This document shows positions 7,480-15,428 of a stretch of 64,000 bases of DNA, piece by piece. The position numbers and the translations under genes are program-made. Position 1 is the stretch's first letter. Each line of letters begins with the position of its first letter. The notes under the pieces are model-generated. The model saw nothing but the letters and a program-made list of their open reading frames with translations, had not been told where the DNA came from and searched no databases. This DNA comes from a virus (lineage: Duplodnaviria; Caudoviricetes), in the IMG/VR virus record IMGVR_UViG_3300028586_000020, positions 1 to 64,000 of that record. One strand, given 5' to 3'.

Positions 7480-8556
7480 ATGAAACCAAAAACCTTCCAA
7501 AGTATTTCCTCGGACAACAACCTGTTTGACTATGACCATCTCGTGCGTGTTATGGTTAAAGAAATGGGTATGACGTTCGAAGAGCACACCAACCGCATCA
7601 CGGCGCATCTGCGCAAAAAACACCCAGAAGCGCCCGAGTATTTGTTGTCGGCACTGATGGCGGCATTCATTACCGCAGAGATGACTCCTGGGCATTTCAT
7701 GGAAATGATGGATGCGCTTGGCTGCGCCGTGTCGATCACGATCACGCCGCCGATCCTGGCAGGTGACCGGCCGGAATCGAAGACGACATCGGCGGATACC
7801 GTGCCAAAGGTGTTCAGTTATCCAGCGCTCTGGGATGAATCGATTGATGTGCTCGATCTGCCACTGCGCGCTACCAACGTTTTACGACACCTCGGCGAGA
7901 TCGAATTCGTCGGTCAGCTGGTGCGCAAGAAGCCGGAAGATCTGATGAAAATCCGTTCGTTCGGTAACGTACTGTTGCAACACGTTCACACGGCGCTACG
8001 CGAACAAGGTTTAAAGTTTGCAACGGACACGACCGGCTGGATGTCGCCCGCAGCTCGCGCGGCTGTAGCCAAGTGGCAACACGAATCTATCGTTAAGTTC
8101 AATCTTGGCGGGGATATCATTGCTGTCTTGCGAAAGGAAGGGGTGGAATCGATCGGTCAGCTGCTGTGTTACTCGTGGCCGGATTTGGAAAAGCTGTCGC
8201 TCGACGGATCTCAAATCCACCAGATTAGCCAACTGCTTCAGCGCCATGACATGTTATTGGGTTTGCTCAAGTATGCACAGACACCCATCCTCGAATACAA
8301 AACCGAGTTCAAGACCTATCCACCGTCGTGGAACAAAACGGTGTATGAACTGGATTTGTCGGCACGGTGGCAAAATGTCCTGTGGGCAAACAACATCTAC
8401 TATCTCGGTCAACTAACCAAGCTTGAAGAGAAAGAAGTGATGTTGTGGCAAAACATGGGGAGTGTCGGTCTCTCCCGCCTGAAAGAAGCAATGAAGAAAC
8501 ACGGTCTCGTGTTTGGACAAGACACCGGCAACTGGCAAGTGCCGGCACCACGTTAA
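7480..8556 (+). CDS. Protein with three tandem RNAP alpha-CTD-like domains
   Basis: WDESIDVLDLPLRATNVLRHLGEIEFVGQLVRKKPEDLMKIRSFG; SIVKFNLGGDIIAVLRKEGVESIGQLL; WNKTVYELDLSARWQNVLWANNIYYLGQLTKLEEKEVMLWQNMG. Confidence 0.8.
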   Translation: MKPKTFQSISSDNNLFDYDHLVRVMVKEMGMTFEEHTNRITAHLRKKHPEAPEYLLSALMAAFITAEMTPGHFMEMMDALGCAVSITITPPILAGDRPESKTTSADTVPKVFSYPALWDESIDVLDLPLRATNVLRHLGEIEFVGQLVRKKPEDLMKIRSFGNVLLQHVHTALREQGLKFATDTTGWMSPAARAAVAKWQHESIVKFNLGGDIIAVLRKEGVESIGQLLCYSWPDLEKLSLDGSQIHQISQLLQRHDMLLGLLKYAQTPILEYKTEFKTYPPSWNKTVYELDLSARWQNVLWANNIYYLGQLTKLEEKEVMLWQNMGSVGLSRLKEAMKKHGLVFGQDTGNWQVPAPR

Positions 8557-8568
8557 AGGGAAAGTAAC

Positions 8569-9030
8569 ATGAACCAAAGCAAATCGAATGCGGATTTTCT
8601 GCTGTGTCAAGACCTGTACTGGGAAATCATGAATTCCCCGGTATCGAAAACATTGGAGCAGCAGGAATGCGCGCAAGCGTATTTCAGCAACCAAGATGTC
8701 GAGGGATTGGAAGCCATCAAGAAAGAACTGGGGATCTTCGCCGATCCCCAGCAAGATGATAGCTTTTCCAGCCAGTGCCTGCAATGCGATGGTGGCGGGT
8801 CACCACTCTGGACTGATAAAAAGCTCAAGCAAATGCGCGAGCGCTCGGACGCCTTCCAGGATTACACGGGACCTGATAATCCAGCAGGCCAACTTAAGCG
8901 CCGTTATCCTGCTACGGAACCGATAGACCATTCTTCTCTGTCTGACCTCGACGCTATGCATGATGCGCTGGACCAAGCCGAGGAAGAGCGTAAGAAAGGA
9001 AAAGGGATCGACAATGAAAAGTCGTCCTAA
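8569..9030 (+). CDS. Hypothetical acidic protein
   Basis: AAGGGA RBS; 153 aa. Confidence 0.65.
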   Translation: MNQSKSNADFLLCQDLYWEIMNSPVSKTLEQQECAQAYFSNQDVEGLEAIKKELGIFADPQQDDSFSSQCLQCDGGGSPLWTDKKLKQMRERSDAFQDYTGPDNPAGQLKRRYPATEPIDHSSLSDLDAMHDALDQAEEERKKGKGIDNEKSS

Positions 9031-9196
9031 GAAAGCGCCTACGAACTGGCGACTGATGTGGTACCAAGTCGTTGAAGGTGCTCGTCGTCTGAAGTGGCAT
9101 ACCGGCAGCCGTTACGAATGCGAGGTGTTGCAACGCGTTTGCATCGCTGCTGGTGAATGGCATCAACTTAATGAACCTGGTTCATTCGTAGAGTAA
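9014..9196 (+). CDS. Small hypothetical protein
   Basis: MKSRPKKAPTNW..., overlapping the end of the previous gene and followed by a hairpin at about 9202-9227. Confidence 0.5.
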   Translation: MKSRPKKAPTNWRLMWYQVVEGARRLKWHTGSRYECEVLQRVCIAAGEWHQLNEPGSFVE

Positions 9197-9261
9197 TCTC
9201 TTAACCACTGCGCAAGCGGTGGTTAGTGGATGGACTTCTTACAATTTAACAAGGAAAAACC

Positions 9262-9615
9262 ATGGAACAAAATACCGTTGACTTAACCTTCCACGAAACC
9301 GATAACGCTAACACTTGTTTGTGGAAAGCAATGTACGGCAAAAACTGGATGACCACCAAGGAAATCCTGAAGGCACTCGAAAATTGCCAGTACAAGCCGA
9401 ATACCATCAAAGTTAAATTGTCCAAAGCCATCCCTCACATGGTCGAGCGCAAGGGCGAACCGCACAGCATGAACCAACTCGGACACATCGGCTGTCTCTT
9501 CCGCTTGGTAAAGGACACCCCCATGCCTACCGGTTCGACCCGCACCACCGAGAAGCAGCGCGAAGTCAAACGTGAAACCTTCCAACGCTTCAATCCGTTC
9601 GGTATGCCGATTTAG
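9262..9615 (+). CDS. Winged-helix-like protein, paralog of the domains in 4996..6246
   Basis: LWKAM...WMTTKEILKAL...FRLVKDTPMPTG parallels IWKTM...YTLADLATLL...YHLNKGVPMPTG. Confidence 0.6.
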   Translation: MEQNTVDLTFHETDNANTCLWKAMYGKNWMTTKEILKALENCQYKPNTIKVKLSKAIPHMVERKGEPHSMNQLGHIGCLFRLVKDTPMPTGSTRTTEKQREVKRETFQRFNPFGMPI

Positions 9616-9630
9616 CAACAGAAAGGAATA

Positions 9631-10017
9631 GTGATGTCAAAATCGAATTATCATAGCGTTACCGGTTTCAAAGAAGCCAACCTCTTTTTTGATTTCCAAA
9701 AGGGTCGTTTGGTCATGACGGCTGAAGTAAGTAGCTGGCGCGAAAATACCGATCCGAAAAAAGGCGTGTACAGTTTTGTCAAGGCAGTTGTCAATCATAC
9801 GCTCGATGGCGATGCAGAAGGAATGAACGAGCAGTTTTTGAACATCAACTTTGACGTCAGTAAGATACTCACTGATGAACTTCAAAGTTGCAGTATGGGT
9901 GGCATTACAACGGGTAAGATTCGCATGAGTGCGGAATACAAGCCCAAGTTTACCAAGCTGTCGGAAGAGTTCAAGAAACTGGCGGCAACGCTCGACGCTA
10001 TTAAGTACGAGGAGTAA
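9631..10017 (+). CDS. Hypothetical protein
   Basis: AAAGGA RBS; 128 aa. Confidence 0.65.
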   Translation: MMSKSNYHSVTGFKEANLFFDFQKGRLVMTAEVSSWRENTDPKKGVYSFVKAVVNHTLDGDAEGMNEQFLNINFDVSKILTDELQSCSMGGITTGKIRMSAEYKPKFTKLSEEFKKLAATLDAIKYEE

Positions 10018-10031
10018 TTTCGTTTATTGAT

Positions 10032-10073
10032 GGCATAGCTCCCTCTACCCTTCGGGGTAGAGGGAGATCTATG
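10032..10073. terminator. Bidirectional hairpin flanked by CATA and TATG
   Basis: ggcatag-ctccctctaccc-ttcg-gggtagagggag-atctatg between convergent genes. Confidence 0.8.
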
Positions 10074-10078
10074 ATGCT

Positions 10079-10804
10079 TCATTTTTTTGTTTGTTCCGAG
10101 AGGATTTGGTCATTTGGCCAGATCTTGGTGAACTTGTATTGCCGGGCTTCGACGCGTCCCGGATACTTGGCGTTGATCATACAGAACGATTCGCCATAAC
10201 CTTCTGCTTTGACGTTTGATTGGGCGCATTGCTTTTCCATATGCCCGAACCATTCGCCAGGTTCACAGCCAGCAGCGGCACGACACATCCGGTAACGCTT
10301 GGTGACACTCCCGTAGCCACCGTTGTAACTTGCTCCGTTACAGGCTTTGATGTTGCGTTGCCCGTTCATAATCGAGGAACAGTTACGATCATTGACTTTC
10401 ATCTTCAAGACGACACCACGCAGCTGATATTGGGCGTTGTAGCAGTCTTTCCAACTCCAGTCGCGTAGTGAGGGACTTAACCGTTTGGTTTCTTCCAAGG
10501 CATCGAAACGCACATTGCCTTTGGCGTCGTACGCAATCGTGAATTGTCCTAACCCACAGCCGAGTTCACGGGAAGTCTTGAGCGTGGCTTTCAACTTCCA
10601 GTTTGCTTCTTGGTCTGGAATAGCAGCCAACCAAGGACGGTGCCGCAGTTCAGGCCAGTAGGTGGTGATCTCTTGGTCCAGAACTGGCAGCAGCGTGGCT
10701 GCGTCGCCCGGTAGTTTCTGCGCATGTGCCGGGCGACCAGTAAGCATTATGCCGACTATCATGCCCAGAATAAAAACGCAGCAACAATTCCAAAATTTAT
10801 TCAT
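10079..10804 (-). CDS. Lytic transglycosylase (SLT-like) endolysin with an N-terminal signal or SAR segment
   Basis: DQEANW (catalytic Glu), GLGQFT and SYNGGYG motifs; hydrophobic N-terminus from ATG 10804; many Cys. Confidence 0.8.
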   Translation of the reverse strand: MNKFWNCCCVFILGMIVGIMLTGRPAHAQKLPGDAATLLPVLDQEITTYWPELRHRPWLAAIPDQEANWKLKATLKTSRELGCGLGQFTIAYDAKGNVRFDALEETKRLSPSLRDWSWKDCYNAQYQLRGVVLKMKVNDRNCSSIMNGQRNIKACNGASYNGGYGSVTKRYRMCRAAAGCEPGEWFGHMEKQCAQSNVKAEGYGESFCMINAKYPGRVEARQYKFTKIWPNDQILSEQTKK

Positions 10805-10806
10805 CG

Positions 10807-11208
10807 TTATTGCGCCAGATAGAGCAGCACCGCGATACGGAAGCCCCACATGGCCGAATTGATGCCATGGAAGATCACGACTGCCGTTGGATTGGAGTAA
10901 GCGTTTTCCAGGACCTGCGAGATGGCCAGTTTGCTGTCGGTCAGCGCGGGCTGGGTCGCAAAGCGAATCCAGAACACACTCATCTCGATGAACGTCAGCT
11001 TGGCAGCAGCGAGCATCAGTGGAATGAATTCTGGGAAGCGACGCACCAAGGCGAAGCGATCACTGATGCCTTGGTCGATCATGAAGTCCACCAGAGCAAA
11101 GCCGAGGAAGGTCAGCATTGCCAAGCCCACACTGCGCGCAGCCATGCGTTGGAACAGCGCCCAGCTTTGTTGGGTGATACTCAGGATCTTGCTGTGAAAT
11201 TTAGACAT
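10807..11208 (-). CDS. Putative holin (multi-pass membrane protein)
   Basis: Several hydrophobic segments; 133 aa; directly upstream of the endolysin. Confidence 0.5.
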   Translation of the reverse strand: MSKFHSKILSITQQSWALFQRMAARSVGLAMLTFLGFALVDFMIDQGISDRFALVRRFPEFIPLMLAAAKLTFIEMSVFWIRFATQPALTDSKLAISQVLENAYSNPTAVVIFHGINSAMWGFRIAVLLYLAQ

Positions 11209-11413
11209 GTTTTGCTTTCTCTTTCTTGGTGGCGTATTGCGCTGGTGTTAACCAGCTGCCATCAGTTTGTTGATAAAAACCAACGTCGACTTCGTCGGGG
11301 ATTTCGACGTGTTCGTCCGCTTCCATTTGTCCAACTGTTTGTTCCAGAGTGCGACTAGCTGGCGGCTCGGTGACCGACACAACCACACCCTTGTACATCC
11401 GCCCGTAGCGCAT
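11201..11413 (-). CDS. Small hypothetical protein in the lysis cassette
   Basis: GAGAGG RBS; overlaps the start of the holin-like gene. Confidence 0.6.
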   Translation of the reverse strand: MRYGRMYKGVVVSVTEPPASRTLEQTVGQMEADEHVEIPDEVDVGFYQQTDGSWLTPAQYATKKEKAKHV

Positions 11414-11504
11414 GATGAGACCTCTCTTGAGTTTAAGTGGGATTGGAGAGAAACATCCTCCATAACAATGGTAAATGTTTCTCTCCAGACACTTAAGATC
11501 GCGA

Positions 11505-12566
11505 TTAGCCGAAGTTTGCCCCCGTCAGTTTACCATACCATTTTACGCCACCATCGTAGGTGGTAAATTCGTATTCGTTAATGGCGCTCGCTGCGGTGCT
11601 GCGGGTTGGTTCTGTTTTGTTGGGCCACACCACACTGGCAGGGAACAACAGTTTGCGTCCAGCGGTGGTGTCATTTTTAACTAGCATGCTGAACTTCATA
11701 CTGTCGGTACCGGCCAAGCCTGCGATTTTCAATACGTCGAGTTTGAGCGTGGTGTCGAGATTGAGTGTCACCACAAACCGATTCGATACGCTCAGGTCCA
11801 GGGTAGTCGTGGCAGCGACCACGGTGACGCTCCGGGTCTTTTCCCGCACATTCGCTTGATTGTAGACCCCCATTGTGCTAACTGGGCCGGTGATATCGCC
11901 CCCGGCTTTATTCATCGGTGTGTAATTCAACGCAGCGATGATAGAAGAGGCGCTATTACGCGACAAGCGCAGCAGGTCAATCGAGATCTGGATCTCGGTC
12001 AAGCGTGCTTTGAGGTAATCGTAGATGGCTTTTTGTCCACCTGCGCTACCGAGCTTGAGGGCATCAGTTACGCGGTCGAGCGCCGAGGTCAGGTATTCAA
12101 ACCCATACACATCACCCGCATCATGCAAGTGCGGCGCTGGTGCGAAGCTGTCAGGTTTACCGATGATGTTATCGAATTCGATAGGACGACCATCGATCCC
12201 GAGACGCTGCACCAACTGCACGATGGCATCGTACGAATAGCTGTATTCGCCACCCAGCATTTGGGCATCGAACAACACATTCGGACCGCAGGTCGCATCC
12301 GTGATGACCAGGATCTGGTGCACTTCACGACCGGTCTGTTCGGTTGGTAGGGTATAGAGCACGCTTGGGTAGTAATCGACACCCTTACGCAGTACCCGGT
12401 TCGTGGCAGCGTCACGCAGAGCAATCGAATCGGTAAAGAACGCACCGTAATGCGGTACACAGATGCGAATGTGGGCGTTACCCAATTCATGGGCTTCATC
12501 TTGAACACGGTTGCTCGCAGCAGCACCTGTCAAGTCAAGCGGATATTTTACTGGAACTAAAGACAT
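11505..12566 (-). CDS. phiKZ-type tail or baseplate fibre protein
   Basis: N-terminal YPLDLTGAAASNRVQDEAH...FDNIIGKPDSFAPAPHLH domain; C-terminal FPASVVWP...TYDGGVKWYG domain; paralog of 18348..19583. Confidence 0.7.
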   Translation of the reverse strand: MSLVPVKYPLDLTGAAASNRVQDEAHELGNAHIRICVPHYGAFFTDSIALRDAATNRVLRKGVDYYPSVLYTLPTEQTGREVHQILVITDATCGPNVLFDAQMLGGEYSYSYDAIVQLVQRLGIDGRPIEFDNIIGKPDSFAPAPHLHDAGDVYGFEYLTSALDRVTDALKLGSAGGQKAIYDYLKARLTEIQISIDLLRLSRNSASSIIAALNYTPMNKAGGDITGPVSTMGVYNQANVREKTRSVTVVAATTTLDLSVSNRFVVTLNLDTTLKLDVLKIAGLAGTDSMKFSMLVKNDTTAGRKLLFPASVVWPNKTEPTRSTAASAINEYEFTTYDGGVKWYGKLTGANFG

Positions 12567-12662
12567 CGTTGGTTCTCCAATACTGATAAAAAAATATTCA
12601 TCAGAAAATGACATAAAGACCAGGGCTGCAAGAGCCCCGGCCTTTATTGGATTGTATTTACC

Positions 12663-13145
12663 TTACTCGCCAGGCACTGGCGGGATAGTTGGCCATACGA
12701 TGTTGTACGGGTCAGGATTGATCACCGGCAGATCACGCAGGGCTTGGAGATACTCCAGCACAGGCATGATATCTTCCGATGGAATACGGCCCAACGCGAT
12801 CTCATCGTTGTAGCGCTCTACCCGCCAGCGCTGGTCCAGGATCAGGTTTTCACGCTCGTCTTTGAGCGAGGACCATTTGATTTCCCAGGCACCTTTTTTG
12901 AACGTGGCGATCACATCGGGTGCAACCCCTGCCGCCAGCGCATCGGCTTCGGTCAAGAAACCCAGGTGCAAGAAACGGGGATCGGATTCGCTTTCACGAA
13001 ACACTGGGTGCAGTTCTTTGAGCACCGAATAATCGATGTCCTTGAGACCGGTCATGCCATTGTACGCCTCTGGCACATCCCCGGCGTATTGGACCACCCG
13101 TGTCTGTTTGTTAACGAGAAACACGAGGTCTGTAACGCTACTCAT
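12663..13145 (-). CDS. Tail fibre assembly chaperone (Tfa-like)
   Basis: LKDERENLILDQRWRVER...YLQALRDLP...IVWPTIP, the typical Tfa C-terminus. Confidence 0.8.
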   Translation of the reverse strand: MSSVTDLVFLVNKQTRVVQYAGDVPEAYNGMTGLKDIDYSVLKELHPVFRESESDPRFLHLGFLTEADALAAGVAPDVIATFKKGAWEIKWSSLKDERENLILDQRWRVERYNDEIALGRIPSEDIMPVLEYLQALRDLPVINPDPYNIVWPTIPPVPGE

Positions 13146-13921
13146 TTTTGTACCTCACTGGTGTAGACTTTCTTGAAGTGGAACTTACGGCGGTAGTATC
13201 CCATCACCCGTGATGGGAAGCCGTTTTTGTGTTTGGTCTTTTCCCAGTGCGTGCCTTCGCCACACACGCCATGGTAACTAACACGCTTGAAAGGCAGGGC
13301 GTGCAGAATTGGCGTGCCAGCTTTGATGGTGAATTCACATGGGCGGATCACCGTAAAGATGAGGTTGACCGTGTGGAAGTCCTCGTAGTCAACCGTACCA
13401 GGGTAGATGAACAGTTTGTCCATCAGTTCAGGCGAATGCATCAGAGGCGGCAGCAGGTGTACCGAATGGCCGGGTTCTGCGATGACTGCGTACGGTAGCG
13501 AGACCTTGATGACCTTGAACTTCACCCCGTCGATTGGTGCAATGCCTTCGACGACTTCGGTGTCCATTTCCACCACGGCCAGCACTGGGTCTAACGTCTG
13601 CCCTAACGTAACGGCCACACCCACGCTATTGGCTTTGATGTGGATGTCGGTATGGGCGCGGATGATAAAGCCTTCTTGCATGTAATCGAACATGCCAGGG
13701 CATCGGGCAAACTTCACGGGCTTTTTGCGTTCTTTGGCCTTAAGGATCAAGGCATCGAACCAATGCGGCTTGATCTCTTTGGCAGTCAACACTGGGTTGA
13801 TGACGTGTGGGCCGCCATACGTGGCCTTGAACTTGATCACGGATTCCGTAAAGGCGCGACGCAGTAAACCATTCAGACCCATCAACCCCGCGATCAACAG
13901 ATCGATAAAGCGTGTGATCAT
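13142..13921 (-). CDS. DUF6065-like (dUTPase-like beta fold) protein
   Basis: RCPGMFDYMQEGFII...PGTVDYED...IKAGTPILHALPFKR. Confidence 0.55.
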   Translation of the reverse strand: MITRFIDLLIAGLMGLNGLLRRAFTESVIKFKATYGGPHVINPVLTAKEIKPHWFDALILKAKERKKPVKFARCPGMFDYMQEGFIIRAHTDIHIKANSVGVAVTLGQTLDPVLAVVEMDTEVVEGIAPIDGVKFKVIKVSLPYAVIAEPGHSVHLLPPLMHSPELMDKLFIYPGTVDYEDFHTVNLIFTVIRPCEFTIKAGTPILHALPFKRVSYHGVCGEGTHWEKTKHKNGFPSRVMGYYRRKFHFKKVYTSEVQK

Positions 13922-14721
13922 TTACGTCCCTCGCGCAGTTCGTGCGTGTAGTGGTGCGAACGCGAGTTTTGGGTCTTGGCGATTTGTTCCACGCGATAAC
14001 GTTCTGCGGCACTCATCACGCGCACTAGCATTTCCCGTGGTACGTCCGAGCGCTTAAACGGGATAGCCGTTACGAGGGGCGTTCCCGCTTCGACGGTGCC
14101 GTCGTAGTTCTTGGCAAACCAGAGGCCAGGGAAGTTCACTTGTTTCGGATACGTATCGGTATCGACCACTGCCGCCATACACTGGAAACGTTCTTCCTTG
14201 GTATGGTTCAGCGGGGGGACGAACAGAGTCGAGTAACCGGGACGCGTGCGAATCACCCACGGGTTGTGGAACTTGATGGCGGGCATCGGGTAAGTCGGGT
14301 AGTCTTGACCGAGCTGCTCATGGGAGTGGAACGAGCCGGCGTTAAACGTCGGACCCGAACGCACTTCCATTTGCTTGTTACCATCGGTGCGCACATGCAG
14401 GTCTGCTGCCAGAACCATGGTGTAACCGAGCCCCATGCCATCCAAGAGTGGCAGGCAATCTTTGGCAGTCATGGCAATTTCACCAAACTGATCGCGCGGA
14501 CTGCCCTTGGTACGTGGCAGTTTAGCAGGCACTTTCTTCCACCATTCTGCGATGTGCTTGAACGCAGGCACCGGTTCGAGCAACACATCCTTCCACTGCG
14601 GTTCACACATGAATTCGATGATCGGGATTAAAGCATCCAGATCTTCCTGGGTGGTCTCACGAACACCCAGGCGATCCATGCGATCTTTGGTCAATAAAGA
14701 TTTAACCAGACGATCGAGCAT
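13918..14721 (-). CDS. DUF6065-like protein, paralog of 13142..13921
   Basis: KDCLPLLDGMGLGY...NPWVIRTRPGYSTLFVPPLNH...AVVDTDTY...AGTPLVTAIPFKR. Confidence 0.55.
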   Translation of the reverse strand: MLDRLVKSLLTKDRMDRLGVRETTQEDLDALIPIIEFMCEPQWKDVLLEPVPAFKHIAEWWKKVPAKLPRTKGSPRDQFGEIAMTAKDCLPLLDGMGLGYTMVLAADLHVRTDGNKQMEVRSGPTFNAGSFHSHEQLGQDYPTYPMPAIKFHNPWVIRTRPGYSTLFVPPLNHTKEERFQCMAAVVDTDTYPKQVNFPGLWFAKNYDGTVEAGTPLVTAIPFKRSDVPREMLVRVMSAAERYRVEQIAKTQNSRSHHYTHELREGRK

Positions 14722-14738
14722 AATAAACTTCTCCTCGC

Positions 14739-15425
14739 TTAACGGATCTTAGGACCGAGGCCCCAGACGACGACCGTGGCACGGTTACCCGACGTGACCG
14801 GCAACACGCGGTGCGGTACGTGCGAATAAAAGAACACGACGGTGCCCGCTGGCGGACGCAGACGCAGTGGGGTATCGGGGTTGCCGCCGATGTTCAGTTC
14901 CAGTTCACCGCCCTCGTATTCATCTGGGCCGGTCAGGAACAGCACTGCCGAGAGCTTGCGCTGCTCGTTGTCTTCCTTGCCTTCATGCACATCGACGTGC
15001 CAATCGTAATGCTGGTTCAGACCGTACTTCGTGAACTGCATCGGGTAGAAGTGGTCCAGGTCCATTTGGAACTTGTCACGGTTCACCATGGCCATCGTAT
15101 CGGCCACACGACAGATCAGCCAACGACGCTCGTCGAGTGCTTGCAGGTTAGGATCATCATTGATCCATGCGACATCCGAATCACGCACTTCTTTGTTTTG
15201 CTGGTTATTACCAACCGAACCCGATTGGAACACCAGCATTTCGCCGAGTTCGATGATTTTCTTGCATTCATCGCGATCAGCGTTGTAAACGGCGGGCTCG
15301 CCTTCTTTCTCGACAGCCCAGCCGTTACCGAATGCGTTGAAGAGTTCACAGTGCGACACGTAGGGGAACACGCGCACTGGGATGCCGTAACGAGGTTGGT
15401 TCATGATGCTTTCCTTAGTGGACAA
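14739..15425 (-). CDS. 2OG-Fe(II) oxygenase, prolyl-4-hydroxylase/PKHD type
   Basis: YDWHVD (HxD), RKLSAVLFL, EYEGGEL, HRVLPVTSGNR (distal His and 2OG-binding Arg). Confidence 0.9.
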   Translation of the reverse strand: MSTKESIMNQPRYGIPVRVFPYVSHCELFNAFGNGWAVEKEGEPAVYNADRDECKKIIELGEMLVFQSGSVGNNQQNKEVRDSDVAWINDDPNLQALDERRWLICRVADTMAMVNRDKFQMDLDHFYPMQFTKYGLNQHYDWHVDVHEGKEDNEQRKLSAVLFLTGPDEYEGGELELNIGGNPDTPLRLRPPAGTVVFFYSHVPHRVLPVTSGNRATVVVWGLGPKIR

Positions 15426-15428
15426 TTA

